DNA from: Squalus acanthias
Taxonomy: Eukaryota
Direction: 5' to 3'
DNA length: 64,000 nucleotides
Assembly (NCBI GenBank): GCA_030390025.1
Contig: CM059431.1
Location: 102,798,001 to 102,862,000, forward strand
Below, in pieces: positions 42,078-55,260 of this stretch; within the stretch, counting starts at the first letter, position 1, and the number at the start of each line of letters is the position of its first letter. The position numbers and the translations under genes were made by a program. The notes beneath the pieces are model-generated. The model saw only the letters and a list, made by a program, of their open reading frames with translations. It was not told where the DNA came from and did not search any database.

Positions 42078-42083
42078 AATAAA
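42078..42083 (+). terminator. Candidate METTL18 polyadenylation signal (alternative AATAAA at 41749)
   Basis: AATAAA followed by T-rich sequence, about 620 nt after the stop codon. Confidence 0.45.
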
Positions 42084-43338
42084 ACACCACCTTGTGATTT
42101 CAATAATATCTTTTTCAACCATTTTTAAAAAAATCCTTTGGAATAGTTGAGTTATAGTTTTCTATATCTTAACTACTGTTGGAACTTGGAGCAAAAAATA
42201 ATTGCATTATGATCGTGACTGGTCTGTAAAGCAGTTGGCTTAGCAATGGAATAAGGAAGCTGCTTTTTGTGCCATGTAACACTGCCGTGATAAGTTGTAG
42301 TAAAGCTTAACATTAATTTATCAAAGCAGCACTTCAGTTTAAGTTGTATTTGTGTCAAGGCACTTCACATAATTTCTCTGAAATGCAGTGACTTCTGGAG
42401 GCAAATGTAACTGTTCTGCACCCACAGAATATCCTAAACGGTAATCAGATGACTAATTAAACGCAGTGTGGCGCTACTTCCACCGGAATGAAGTTCCCTG
42501 ATCTCTAAGCTGTTGATTACTGGCTTGCTTTTTTATGTATATATATTTTTCAAAGAGGAAAAAAAATACTCCTCAATATTGCGATCCCAGAGCACGATTG
42601 ACTGGTTATGGTACTGGACTAACAACCCAGAATTTGAGTTGAAATCGCACTGGCAAGTTGTGAAATTGAATTAAAATAAATCTGGCATCAGATAAAATGA
42701 CCTAGCTGCTGTTTTGTCATTTTAAAAACCCACCTGGTTCATTAATGTCCAGCAGGGAAGGGACCTGCTATCCTGACCTGGTCTTTATTACTCTAGTCCA
42801 ATACTACGTAGTTGACTTTTAATACCTTGAGGACCTCCAGATATGGGCAATAAGTACTTCCTTGCCAGTATTGCCCGCATCCCAAGAACAAATAAAGATT
42901 CAGTTCCTTTTCATTTTATAGCAAGGCAACTCAACATGAGTTGCACAGAAACCTGCCACCATGTTTCAGAATCTCCAAACCAAGCTACTGAGAAAAGATT
43001 TGAATTTCTGTCTATTTGATGTGGGTGTACACTCTCTCCCCGTGAGACCACACTGGATTTACACGGGTCCAGAAAACTTGGCAGAACTGAGGTTTCGAGA
43101 GTACAGGAGTACTGTTGGAATAGCACCTGCTAAAACTGCACAGCTTACCAACCCAGAGTACTTCCTGCTGCTTGTCTGGTCCAGATCAATATATCTGTTA
43201 GGGTATTGTAGCATTATTTGCACGAATCCTGCTCTTAGTGATAGGTCTACCTCTCCCAGTTCCATGATTGATCGGCCTGGCTGGCTGAATCATCAACAGT
43301 GCTCTGGAGTACTGTGGACCTGCACAATTTAATGTATT

Positions 43339-45739
43339 GGGCTGGATTTTGATACTGGGGCGGGTTGGGGTAGTGTCATCCGCATTTCGTGTTATCCACC
43401 CGACTGCATTTGGATGTGGGAGATTGATGCAATTTTCACTTAATTGGGCAATTGAGTTCCAGCATGTGGGAACCCATGAACTAATTAGTGGTTTCAGTCT
43501 GAAAGTCGCCTCTGATGATGTCATCATTGCAGGTCAGGTCAGAGACTGCCTGGCTTTTGGTGTGAGAGGACCTGGATGCAAAATGAGCAGCAGCTCTGTA
43601 AGGGGTGACCTGTGGCTCTGTGCTTAGCCTGGGTGCTAGTGTGAGGTTAGGCCTTGTTGCCTGTTCTGGTCTCCAGCCAGCCTGGTAACACTAGACACCT
43701 GTGAGTGGTTCGACCCACTCGCCCTTACGGTTCTGACACTGGACTTAGGTGCGAGAGCAATAATGCAGAGAAAACTCAAATAGACCCGGTTGAATAGTAC
43801 GAAATGGAAATCTTTATTGCATATTATTCAAGATTACGAGATACATGTCATAAGCACAGATTAATGACAGTACAATCTTACACACAGTTATGTAACTAAT
43901 TTTTGGGAAACGAGCGCATGACACATCGAAAAAGGGGGCACACATTACAATTATCCTTAAAACTTAAACCCTCCCCTATCAATACCTGTCCTAAACTAGA
44001 TTTGTAGGATCGAGACTCATGCTCACCACTCGTGATAACTCGGAGAATTCCGAAACTCTGCTCGGATGTTTTTACCGCAGCACCTGACTATTCACGTGTT
44101 GATCAGGGGTCTCTGTACCCCACTTGTTTACTCGTTTCTGCTCCGGCTAGCAGGCTGGACCGTCTGCTGTCATGAAGATCTGTGTTGTCCTCGGAGTTCC
44201 GATACTACTCGAAAAAGAGTCTTCCTGTGCCCTCACCAGTTTGTAAAACTCAAAGAATGGTCTTCCTGGGCAAGGAAAGTGTTTATTCGATTTACAGGCG
44301 CGGTCGGGGCTTACTGACCGTGGCGATACGTATTGTCGTCTTCTTCTCTTCTCATCTCATCTCATCTCATCTCGGGGCTTCGGTTCCAACACCGTTTACC
44401 GACTTCTCGGGATGGTGTGCCTGTTTCAAGGCCTCACAGCCCAGTTCTACACAGATCTTCGCGGCAAGCCACGAGGTTGATCCTAGCGGATCAGAGTCCA
44501 GAGCCGTCAGGCAAGAGAATAAAAGTTCAACAGTCTTCCAGCGAGTCAAAACAGCAAGTGCAAAAAGAAGAAGCAGAGACAGCAGTCAGCAGCAAGAGTA
44601 GCAAGAGGCAAGAGAGGCAAGAGACAGATGGACGGTTGTACCTTACAGTTATAGTGCTGTAATTCCTCTTTTCCCGCCCAATCTTAATGTCTATCTTTTG
44701 TCAGGTTTTTGGCGCTCAAACTTCTTGTATAGGGTGATCTCCGTTTTTAATGGGTTTCGGTGATACTTGTAACTGTCTGAGTACCCGTTAATACTTCTCC
44801 CATTGTGTAACCGGCTAGTAGTCTCCCTGGAGGGGTTTTGGGGCTTCCAAATGCTTTCTGTAACTACCCGCAAACGGCTCTCTCATCGTAGAGTCGTGGG
44901 GATTTTGCATATTAATGTCTTTGGATGGGTTCTTGATCGCTCGGTACAATAGCCCTTATTCGCACCTGGGAGACCGATTCCAGTATTTATGTATAAAATG
45001 CAAACCCATCATGTCTTGTCAATAACTCAAATGTGCTGAGTCCTGTACGATCTTGCACAAATGTTTATTGGAACGCCATCTTGTCTGCTCATTGAAAGTC
45101 TAGAATGTTCTGCCACGAGGCGTGGCGGCCATTTTACAGGCTGTTTGTGTCCGCTTTGAAACCTGACAGCATTCTGCTGAAATAAAGCTGTTTGTACGAA
45201 ACTTTATGTCTCCTTCTTATATTATAAAATCGCGATAATTTTGCGAATTCTACAGCTCTAAGGACAGAGAGAGAGAGAATTTTTTTTGCATCCAGGTCCT
45301 CTCACAGCAAAGGCCAGGCAGTCTCTGAAGACATTCAATGCAGCAGCATCAGAGGCGACTTTCAGACCTAATACTACTACTACCTTCATCACATCTCTGT
45401 TGTAATAGTGGACCTGCAGCTGATAGTCAGCTATCCACTTGTGCTCCCGCCAGGTTTCACTGGCGTGTTTCACATCAGGTGTGCTTCACGTGGGAAAAGG
45501 GTTAAACTAGCTAAAACGTTTCAAAATGGCATTACAGAGCCAATTTAGGGCTTGTTAAGGGCTTTAATGGCCTCTCCTGCCTCTTGGAGGCGGGACAGAG
45601 TCGGGAACACCGCACACGATTTTATCAAAATTGCGTGGAGGCGGGTTGGAGGCGGGATGGGGTCGGGACCCCCAATCTGCAACTTTAACCCCCCACACGC
45701 CTCCAAACCCGACTCCACGGGTCATTGAAAATCCAGCCC
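43339..45739. mobile_element. Harbinger-type MITE interrupted by an LTR-like insertion
   Basis: TIR GGGCTGGATTTT / AAAATCCAGCCC; collinear with 54107-54763 once 43597-45254 is removed. Confidence 0.85.
43597..45254 (-). mobile_element. 1658-bp solo-LTR-like element
   Basis: TGTA...TACA termini; 4-bp TSD GCTC; minus-strand TATAA at about 44650 and AATAAA at 43813-43818; no convincing ORF. Confidence 0.75.
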
Positions 45740-46566
45740 AATGAGTTTACTGCGAACAGTTGACTAGGTTACAAACTTTCATCAACGGGTGTGTAATCTT
45801 GAAGCCACTCTGCTGAAAAAAAACACAGCTTACACCTTACACAACAGGAGCGCATGTCCTCATGAGGTCTATTGGAACAGGAGTGCACATAATTTCAGCT
45901 GCTATGATCCCGCCAGTGTTCCTCCAAATGAGTTAAAGCCAGCCCTCACAACTTGCTGCATTTTGCCATCTAAGGTTCCCATGGCTGCGATGTGAGCATC
46001 CATCTGAGATATGCACTGTGTTTATGGTGTTGCTAATTGAGGCCACTACATCAGGTGGCATTTGCTGTTCTCAAAGTTGGATAAGGCTTCATCAATTGCT
46101 TGAGTCTCTGTAGCAGCCAGAGCACACATGCTCTACACGAAGCAGAGCACCAGTGCACACGATCATCTATCCTCTCTGCTCAAAGAGGTCAGCTGTGAAG
46201 CCTACTTCATCAGACTCGTCCGGAGAGGACTTTGAGCAGCTAGGTCTTCGATCGGTATCTCTCCAAACTCTGCTGGTGACACCCACCTCACCAGTGCTCT
46301 GGAGGGGCAGTCCGACCACTAAGACCAGGATTCTCCCAAATAATCCGACAGTATCCTAACAGATATATTGATCTGGACCATTCATCAGTTACCTCTACTG
46401 AGTGAAGCCTGCTGTTTCAATCTTGAGCAGTTGGGCCATGTTGCAGATTTTAATTGTCATTGACTCAACCTTTCGACTTAGTAAGATACGGCAAAGTTCA
46501 TATCAAGGCACTAAACACATGAAGTACTCTCCTAAATTGTGGCATCCTAATGTAAAGGGAGATGTG

Positions 46567-46812
46567 CATAGAATCATAGAATGGTTACAGCACAGAAGGA
46601 GGCCATTCAGCCCGTCGAGCTCGTGCCGGCTCTCTGCAAGAGCACTTCAGCTAGTCCCACTCCCCCACCCTTTCCCCGTAGCCCTGCAAATTTTTTTCCT
46701 TCAGGTATTTATCCAATTCCCTCTTCTGCCAATCACTTTAAATCTGTGTCCTCTGGTTCTCGACCCTTCCGCCAATGGGAACAGTTTCTCTCTATCTGCT
46801 CTGTCTAGATCC
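46567..46812 (-). mobile_element. CR1 3' tail with internal deletion
   Basis: Same family as 6617-7097. Confidence 0.8.
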
Positions 46813-47234
46813 TAATTGTCCCATGAATACTATACTTTGCTTTAAGATAACTAGGTAAAGTGATCCACTCCTAATATCTCCTTCTGTGTCTTCACATAAT
46901 CTTTGTCTGATTGCGCGTCTGTGAAGTGACTTGGGACACTTTTCTATGTTAAAGGTGCTACATAAATGCAAGTTTTAATCAGTTTGTGCCTATCTCCCTC
47001 TGTCGTGCAGTCATGGTTTAATCTGATAATTTAATTCTTGGTATCTTTTATAGTTCTATAAGATCTCTCATTCACCATCTTTCAAGGATGACAGATCATA
47101 CATAACCTGTCCTCATAATTCAGTCTTATACTCGGGATCAGCCTTGTGGCTCTTTGCAATGCCACCAGGACATAGATATTCCCCATGTGCCTTGCTGACC
47201 AGATCTGAATGCAGCACTAAGTATGCGGCCTGAC

Positions 47235-47495
47235 TACAACAACAACAACTTGTATTTATATAGCGCCTTTAAACGTAGTAAAACGTCCTAAGGCGCTTCA
47301 CAGGAGCGTTATCAAACAAAGTTTGACACCGAGCCACACGCGATATTAGGACAGGTGGCCAAAAGCTTGGTCAAAGAGGTTAGGTTTTAAGGAGCGTCTT
47401 AAAAGAGGAGAGCGAGGCGGAGAGGTTTAGGGAGGGAATTCCAGAGCTTAGGGCACAGGCAGCTGAAGGCACGGCCACCAATGATGGAGCGATTT
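47235..47495 (-). mobile_element. L2 3' tail inside an older CR1 remnant
   Basis: (CAA)n-CTTGTATTTATATAGCGCC. Confidence 0.8.
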
Positions 47496-48876
47496 ATACT
47501 CGATCACTAGCCATTGGCAACCTCAGATCTATACTGCACTGATTGACAATGTAGCTCAGAGTTTTGTTTGCTTTTATGATTTTTCTTCTCTGCAATGACT
47601 GGACATGCCAAGTGTTAAGTTTACTATCAATCCCACATCATTTTCACAGCTGCTTCGAGACCCATTCATTGACTAAATGTCTCACTTTTTTTCTCTGCCA
47701 TGTTTGAGTTGCCTGTATGGAAGTTCACCTGCAAACTTTGTTGAAGTCCTTCTGTAGTTCCTAAGCTACTTCATTAGACTAGGCTGTGCTGTCCCATTTG
47801 GTTTCATCGGCAATTTTGACAACCGGCATTGGTTGAGTCAAGTCCAGATCATTTATATAGATTAGAAACAGGAGCAGCCCTGACACTAATTACACCGTCA
47901 ATGCACTCAGTACAGCTCCCCAATCTGACATCACTGACTAAGAGCTGCAGTAAAGGTGTCAATTTGCTATAATTTATCAGCCCAGCCAACTATGGTGAAC
48001 AGCAGGACTTTCCTAAGTGCAGCTGATAATTAAAGTTGATTCTTGCTGAGACATCAAGAACTGATCTTGTTCAAGGACCTTATTCAGGAAATGTTGGTGT
48101 GTTTGCACTTAACGCCTCTGTAATCGAGTTCAATGAGTCCATGAAAGAAAAATTATGGAATGGGAGAAGTCAGCCGTTTGTCACGGGTGCGACATCTTTG
48201 GAAAGGCAGGAATTTATTCAGGCTATCAGAATTGTAATTTGCAACTGTCTTGGTGGTCTAAATGCCAGTTGTTTTAATTAGTTTGTCGTGCAGTCGTGGT
48301 TCTTCTGTTTCTCAATTCTTTCTCGCGGTTAATGCCACAATGCTGAAGGACGAGTAAGGGCCCTTTGTGGAGGGGAATGAAAGCATTCGAGGTGTTTCTG
48401 TTCCCATATAATCGTGCAGAACTCCATGGCGGTTAATTAGCTGCTCTCACGCTGTTTATGATATTTATAAATGCAGTTAGATCGAACAATTACCTACTTC
48501 TGCAGAGAATAAAAAGAAGACCCATTGTTCTGACCAGAGTTTAACCTTGCAGCTTGAATATAAGGATAAATTCAACGATTTATGCGGGGAGCTTACTTGA
48601 TGGGAGTGCAGCTCGGAAAATCGGTACTACAATGTTGCATCTCTATCTCTGATACATGCTCTCTTTGAGCGCAGCTTCCCACGGGCGGTGTGGGATCCAT
48701 TATTTAAAATAAAACATTCTTGGGTGTAGGTACAGACTGTACACAGGATACAAAATGTGAAAAAAAATCTGGAGAGACATCAATTTTCAGCAACTCTTGT
48801 TTTTTAATAGTTCGCACAAAGGCCTAAGTGCTTCCACAGTGAGCTTGAAATGTTTACATAGAAATGTGGTGGGAGT

Positions 48877-48877
<1 letters not shown>

Positions 48878-48907
<30 letters not shown>
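48878..48907. repeat. Poly-G tract (about 30 nt)
   Basis: Directly visible in the sequence. Confidence 0.9.
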
Positions 48908-48908
<1 letters not shown>

Positions 48909-49124
48909 AAGGGAAGGAAATATTACCATTAAAAGCCTGCAGAGGGCCAGAGAGATGGATCAATTCATTTGAATTTAAATATCAAAAGTATCTCAAGAAT
49001 CTCTAACCCGCAGCTGCAGCTAGTATCTGGTCAGATCCCTCGCAACCCCTAACTCCAGAGGTCTTCAGAGATCTTAAAACCCCAGCCTAGCTCTTAAATG
49101 ATAAACCATCTCATCCCATTTAAA

Positions 49125-50805
49125 AAAAATTATTAGTTCCTGGGATGTGGGCGTCGCTGGCAAGGCCAGCATTTATTGGCTATCTCTAATTGCCCTTGAG
49201 AAGGTGGTGGTGAGCCGCCTTCTTGAACCGCTGCAGTCCGTGTGGTGAAGGTACTCCCACAGTGCTGTTAGGGAGGGAGTCCCTGGATTTTGACCCAGCG
49301 ACGATGAAGGATCGGCGATATTTTTCCAAGTCAGGATGGTGTGTGACTTGAAGGGGAACTTGGAGGTGATCGCATTCCCATGCGCCTGCTGCCCTTGTCC
49401 TTCTAGGTGGTGGGTTTGGGAGGTGCTGTCGAAGAAGCCTTGGTGAGTTGCTGCAGTGCATCTTGTAGATGGTACACACTGCAGCCATGGTGCGCTGGTG
49501 GTGGAGGGAGTGAATGTTTAGGTGATGGATGGGGTGCCAATCAAGCGGGCTGCTTTCTCCTAGATGGTGTCGAGCTTCTTCAGTGTTGTTGGAGCAGCAC
49601 TCATCCAGGCAAGTGGAGTGTATTCCATTGCACTCCTGACTTGTGCCTTGTAGATGGTGGAAAGACTTTGGGGAGTCAGGAGGTGAGACACTCGCTGCAG
49701 AATACCTAGCGATGTCCTGGGGCTGAGATGATTGGCCTGCAGCAACCACAACCATCTTCCTTTGTGCTAGGTATGACTCCAGCCAGCGGAGAGTTTTCCC
49801 CCCGATTCCCATTGACTTCAGTTTTACTAGGGCTCCTTGATGCCACACTCGGTCAAATGCTGCCTTGATGTCAAGGGCAGTCACTCTCACCTCAGCTCTG
49901 GAATTCAGCTCTTTTGTCCATGCTTGGACCAAGCCTGTAATGAGGTCGGGGGCCGAGTGGTCTTGGCGGAACCCAAACTGGGCATCCGTGAGCGGGTTAT
50001 TGGTAAGTGCCGCTTGATAGCACTGTCGACGACACCTTCCATCACTTTGCTGATGATTGAGAGTAGACTGACGGGGCAGTAATTGGTCGGATTGGATTTG
50101 TCCTGTTTTTTGTGGACAGGACATACCTGGGCAGTTTTCCACATTGTCGGGTAGATGCCAGTGTTGTAGCTGTACTGGAACAGCTTAGCTAGAGGCGCGG
50201 CTAGTTCTGGAGCACTAGTCTTCAGCACGATAGCCGGGATGTTGTTGGGGCCCATAGCTTTTGCTGTATCCAGTGCGCTCAGCCGTTTCTTGATATCACG
50301 TGGAGTGAATCGAATTGGCTGCAAACTGGCTTCTGTGATGGTGGGGACCTCAGGAGGAGACCGATATGGATCATCCACTCGGCACTTCTGGCTGAAGATA
50401 GTTGCAAACGCTTCAGCCTTGTCTTTTTCATTCACGTGCTGGGCTCCACCATCAATGAGGATGGGGATATTCATGGAGCCTCCTCCTCCCGTTAGTTGTT
50501 TAATGGTCTACCACCATTCACGACTGGATGTGGCAGGACTGCGGAGCTTTGATCTGATCCGTTGGTTGTGGGATCGCTTAGCTCTGTCTATAGCATGCTG
50601 CTTCCGCTTTTTAGCATGCATATAGTCCTGTGTTGCAGCTTCCCCAGGTTGGCACCTCGTTTTTAGGTACGCCTGGTGCTGCTCCTGGCATGCTCTTCTA
50701 CACTCCTCATTGAACCAGGGTTGGTCGCCTGGCTTGATGGTAATGGTAGAGCGAGGGATATGCCGGGCCATGAGGTTACAGATTGTGGTGGAATACAATA
50801 CTGAC
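49125..50805 (-). mobile_element. Crack/Daphne-like LINE fragment with an internal deletion at about 49707
   Basis: ORFs 50508-50831, 49905-50474 and 49186-50142; homologous to 26845-29395. Confidence 0.85.
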
Positions 50806-51339
50806 TGCCACATTTGTGTTATATTACTCAAATGACCCCACTACTGTTAGACGAGCTTCATTTACTGAATCTTCAGCTCTGCGGCACTGAATTCTCCCGC
50901 ATCAGGCATACAATCTGCTCCTTGTCAATAGCTGCTCTTACATTGATTGCTACTCAAGCCAGTACTGTGAGGCTGGTGATGTACAGGTGGCTTGTAGCCA
51001 GGGGCAACTCCAGAGGAATTTGCTGGGGCCAGCCACTGCAAAGATCTGGTGAAGATTAAAGGGGAGAGAGAGCTACCCCAGCACTAGCACAGTACTTATC
51101 CCAGTATAAAGGATAGCTGGAAACCAAGGCTCAGCCAGGATGTGATAGTGGCATGGCCATGGTACCGGACGAGCAGCCTAGAGGTTGGTCCGTTCAAATC
51201 CCACCATTACACGTCGGGAAATTGAATTTGAAGCAGAAAAGTGACCTTGAAAGCTACTGGACTGTTGCAAAAACCCAACCTGTTCACTAATGCTCTTTCA
51301 CAAAAGGATCCAGTGGGGTGGGGAGCGGGGTAGGAAGCT

Positions 51340-52690
51340 ATACAGGAACAGGAGGAGGCCATTCAGCCCTTCGAGCGTATTCCATCATTCAATTAGATCA
51401 CTGCTGATCTGTATCTTAACTCCATCTACCCGCCTTGGTTCTGTAACCCTTCACACCCTTGCCCAACAAAAGTCGATCAATCTCAGTTTTGAAATTTTCA
51501 ATTGATCTCCCAGCCTCAACAGCTTTTTTGTGTGAAGAAGTGCTTCCTGACATCACCCCTGAACGGCCTGGCTCTAATTTTAAGGTTCTGCCCCCTTGTT
51601 CTGGACTCCCCCCCCCCACCAGAGGAAATAGTTTCTCTCGATCTACCCTATCAACTCCTTTAAATCTCTTAGATCAATTAGATCCCTCCTTAATCTTCTA
51701 TACTCGAGGGAATACAAGCCTCGTCGATGCAACCTGCCCTCATAATGTAACTAAAAGAATGAGTTTCAGCTAGATTGTGCTTCCTATACTTGAGTGCAAA
51801 CTATCTATAGTGGACCCAGCATTGATCCCTGGGGTACACTACTCCCAAGCCTTCTCCAATCTGAGCAACACCTATTAATCTTAATTCTGTTTTGCTGTCT
51901 GTCACCCAACTTTCTAGCCATGCTGCTACATTCTCTTTTATACCATATGCCTGTTTATTTTGAACTGGCCTCTTGTGAGACACCTTCTCCAACTATCTTC
52001 TGAAAATTAATATACACTAAATCTACTACATTCCCTTAATGCAGCCAAGCAGCCACCTTTTTTTTTAAAGAAAAACTGTATTAAATTTGTCAAAAGATGA
52101 CTCACCTTTAGGAAATCCCTATACCCTGCCCTAGATTAAACCATGATCTCAAAATTAGGATGATGGATTCTCAGAGTATACCCACCTTCGGAAGGATATA
52201 TTGGCCATGGAGGGAGTGCAGCGTAGGTTTACCAAAATGATACCTGGACTCCAGGGGTTAAGTTACGAGGAGAGATTACACAAATCAGGGTTGTATTCCC
52301 TAGAATTTAGAAGGTTAAGGGGTGATCTGATCGAAGTTTTCAGGATATTAAGGGGAACAGATAGGGTAGATAGAGAGAAACTATTTCTGCTGGTCTAGGA
52401 CTAGGGAGGCATAGTCTAAAAATTAGAGCCAGACCTTTCAGGAGTGAAATTAGGAAACACTTCTACACACAAAGGGTGGTAGAAGTTTGGAACTCTCTTC
52501 CGCAAACAGCAATCGATGCTCGATCAATTGTTAATTTTAAATCAGAGATTGATAGCTTTTTGTTAACTAAAGGTATTAAGGGATATGGGCCAAAGGGTGA
52601 TAGATGGAGTTAGGTCGCAGATCAGCCATGATCTCATTGAATGTCGGAACAGGCTCGAGGGGCTGAATGGCCTCCTCCTGTTCCTATGTT
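51340..52690. mobile_element. CR1 fragments (- 51340-51750; old - 51760-52160; + 52185-52690)
   Basis: CR1 RT C-terminal motifs and tails. Confidence 0.75.
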
Positions 52691-53285
52691 CCCACAACTC
52701 ACGTTAAACCAAGCTAAGCTAAGGTGGCTATAGTTACCTGGTTTATCCTGCTCTTCCTTCTTGAACAAGGACAAGACATCAGTCCGACAGCACAATCTGC
52801 ATATTTACAGTGGGTTGAGAAATTGTGGTCAGATAGTCTGCTATCTGCTCTTTCACTGGAGTGATCGCCGTTCACGTAATAAGGGCTTCTGGCAGCAGGT
52901 GACACCGTTGAGCTTTATAAAGATTCATGGTCCATTTATACAGAGAACATCACCACCTGGTGGCAGCGATGTGGTACCACACAGACACAACCAAATATTG
53001 GAAATATGCAGGAGGGCTGTCAGATTCTGTAGAGTGAAAAGGCAGGTTAACATTTTAAGTTTAGTCCCTTCATCAGAACCTGTATTTGGGGAAAGTACAG
53101 GGGAGTGGGTCTAATTAGAGCGCTCTTTCGTAAAGCCGGCAGCGGCACGATGGGCCGAATGGCCTCCTTCTGTGCTGTAAGATTCTGTGAACCAATCAAG
53201 AATGTTTTCACAGAGGAATTGTCATGTTAATGCAAAAGCAAAATACTGCGGATGCTGGAAGCCTGAAATAAAAAAAAAAAATTCT

Positions 53286-54105
53286 GTGGCAAATGGAATT
53301 TAACCCTGATAAGTGTGAGGTGATGCATTTTGGGAGGACTAACAAGGCAAGGGAATACACAATGAATGGTAGGACCCTAGGAAGGACAGAGGATCAGAGG
53401 GACCTTGGTGTGCATGTACATAGATCTCTGAAGGCAGCAGGACAGGTAGATAAGGTGGTTAAAAAGGCATATGGGATACTTGCCTTCATTAGCCGAGGCA
53501 TAGAATATAAGAGCAGGGAGGTTATGATGGAGCTGTACAAAATGCTAGTTAGGCCACAGCTGGAATACTGTGTGCAGTTCTGGTCACCATACTATAGGAA
53601 GGATGTGATTACATTGGAGAGGGTGCAGAGGAGATTCACCAGGATGTTACCTGGGCTGGAGTGCTTCAGCTATGAAGAGAGACTGGACAGGCTGGGGTTG
53701 TTTTCCTGAGAGCAGAGAAGGCTGAGGGTGGAACTGATTGAGGTGTGCAAAATTACGAGGGGCATAGATAGGATAGATAGAAAGGAACTTTTCCCCTTAG
53801 TAGATGGGTCAATAACCAGGGGGCATAGTTTCAAGGTAAGGGGCAGGAGGTTTAGAGGGGATTTGAGGAAAAACTTTTTCACCCAGAGGGTGGTTGGAAT
53901 CTGGAACTCACTGCCTGAAAGGGTGGTCGAGGCAGGAACCCTCACAACATTCAAGAAGCATTTAGATGAGCACTTGAAACGCCATAGCATACAAGGCTAC
54001 GGACCAAGTGCTGAAAATGGGATTGGAATAGACAGGGCTTGATGGCCGGCGCGGACACGATGGGCCGAAGGGCCTCTTTCTGTGCTGTATAACTCTATGA
54101 CTCTA
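53286..54105 (+). mobile_element. CR1 3' fragment of the same young subfamily as 146-1087
   Basis: ORFs 53293-53709 and 53728-54042; near-identical nucleotide sequence. Confidence 0.92.
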
Positions 54106-54106
54106 T

Positions 54107-54763
54107 GGGCTGGATTTTGATACTGGGGCGGGTTGGGGTCGTGTTATCCACCCGACTGCAATTGGATGTGGGAGATTGAAGCAATTTTCACCTAATTGGG
54201 CAATTGAGTTCCAGCATGTGGGAACCCATGAACCAATTAGTGTTTTCAGTCTGAAAGTCGCCTCTGATGATGTCATCATTGCTGCTGCATTGAAGATCAG
54301 AGACTGCCTGGCCTTTGCTGTGAGAGGACCTGGATGCAAAATGAGCAGCAGCTCTAAGTCTGAAGAGAGAGAGAGAGAGAATTTTTTTTGCTCCACCACT
54401 CCCAGATGCCAGCCAGCCACTCACTGATACTGAGCGCAGCCACTGATATTCAGCTCTCCACATGTGCTCCCGCCAGGTTTCACAATCGTGGTTCAGAACA
54501 GGCGTGCTTCACGTAGAACAAGGGTTAAAATCACAAAGGCCTTTCAAAATGGCATTATAGAGCCAATTTAGTGCTTGTTAAGGGACTTAACAGCCTATCC
54601 CGCCTCTTAAAGGCGGGACGGAGTCGGGACCAGCAGACACGATTTAATGAAAATTGCGTGGAGGCGGGATGGAGGCGGACTTGTGCCTGCCCGCCACTTT
54701 TTGCAATTTTAACCCCCCACACGCCTCCAAACCCGCCTCTACGGGTCAATGAAAATCCAGCCC
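54107..54763. mobile_element. Harbinger-type MITE
   Basis: TIR GGGCTGGATTTT / AAAATCCAGCCC; flanks TAT/TGT. Confidence 0.85.
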
Positions 54764-54769
54764 TGTGAC

Positions 54770-55260
54770 TCTAAAATGCTGGAAACACTCAGCAGGTCAG
54801 GGGAGAGAAACAAAGTTAACGTTTCAGGTCAGTGACCTTTCGTCAGAACTGGAAGACGTTGGAGATGTAACAGGTTTTAAGCAAGTGCAGAGGCCGGGAA
54901 AGGTGGGGCAGGGAAAGAACAAAAGAGATAGGGTGGAGGACAGGAGTGATTCAATGACAAAAAAGGGATGATGGTGCGAGGCGACAGGAGGTGATAATGG
55001 GACAAACATGGAAACAAAAGATGGGTCCAGAGGAGGTTTAAATTGCTACAGGAGAAAATGGGTGATTAAGATCTAAAGGTGTTGAACTCAGTGCTGAGGC
55101 CGGAAGGCTGTAAAGCGCCTGATGGAAAGATGAGGTGCTGTTCCTCAAGCTTGCGTTCAGCTTCAGTGGAACAGCATAGGAGGCCAAGGACTGTGGGAGT
55201 GGGATGGAGAACTGAAGGGGCAAACGACCGGAAGCTCAGTGTCAAGCTTGCCCTGTGATT
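54770..55260 (-). mobile_element. Penelope-like element 3' end: GIY-YIG endonuclease C-terminus plus terminal repeat
   Basis: VLGLLCCSTEAERKLEEQHLIF...LQPSGLSTEFNTFRS followed downstream by the hammerhead-bearing repeat. Confidence 0.78.
54814..54850 (-). ncRNA. Minimal type I hammerhead ribozyme motif (family A), intact
   Basis: AGUU-CUGACGA-A-AGGUC-ACU-GACCU-GAAA-CG-UU-AACU. Confidence 0.72.
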
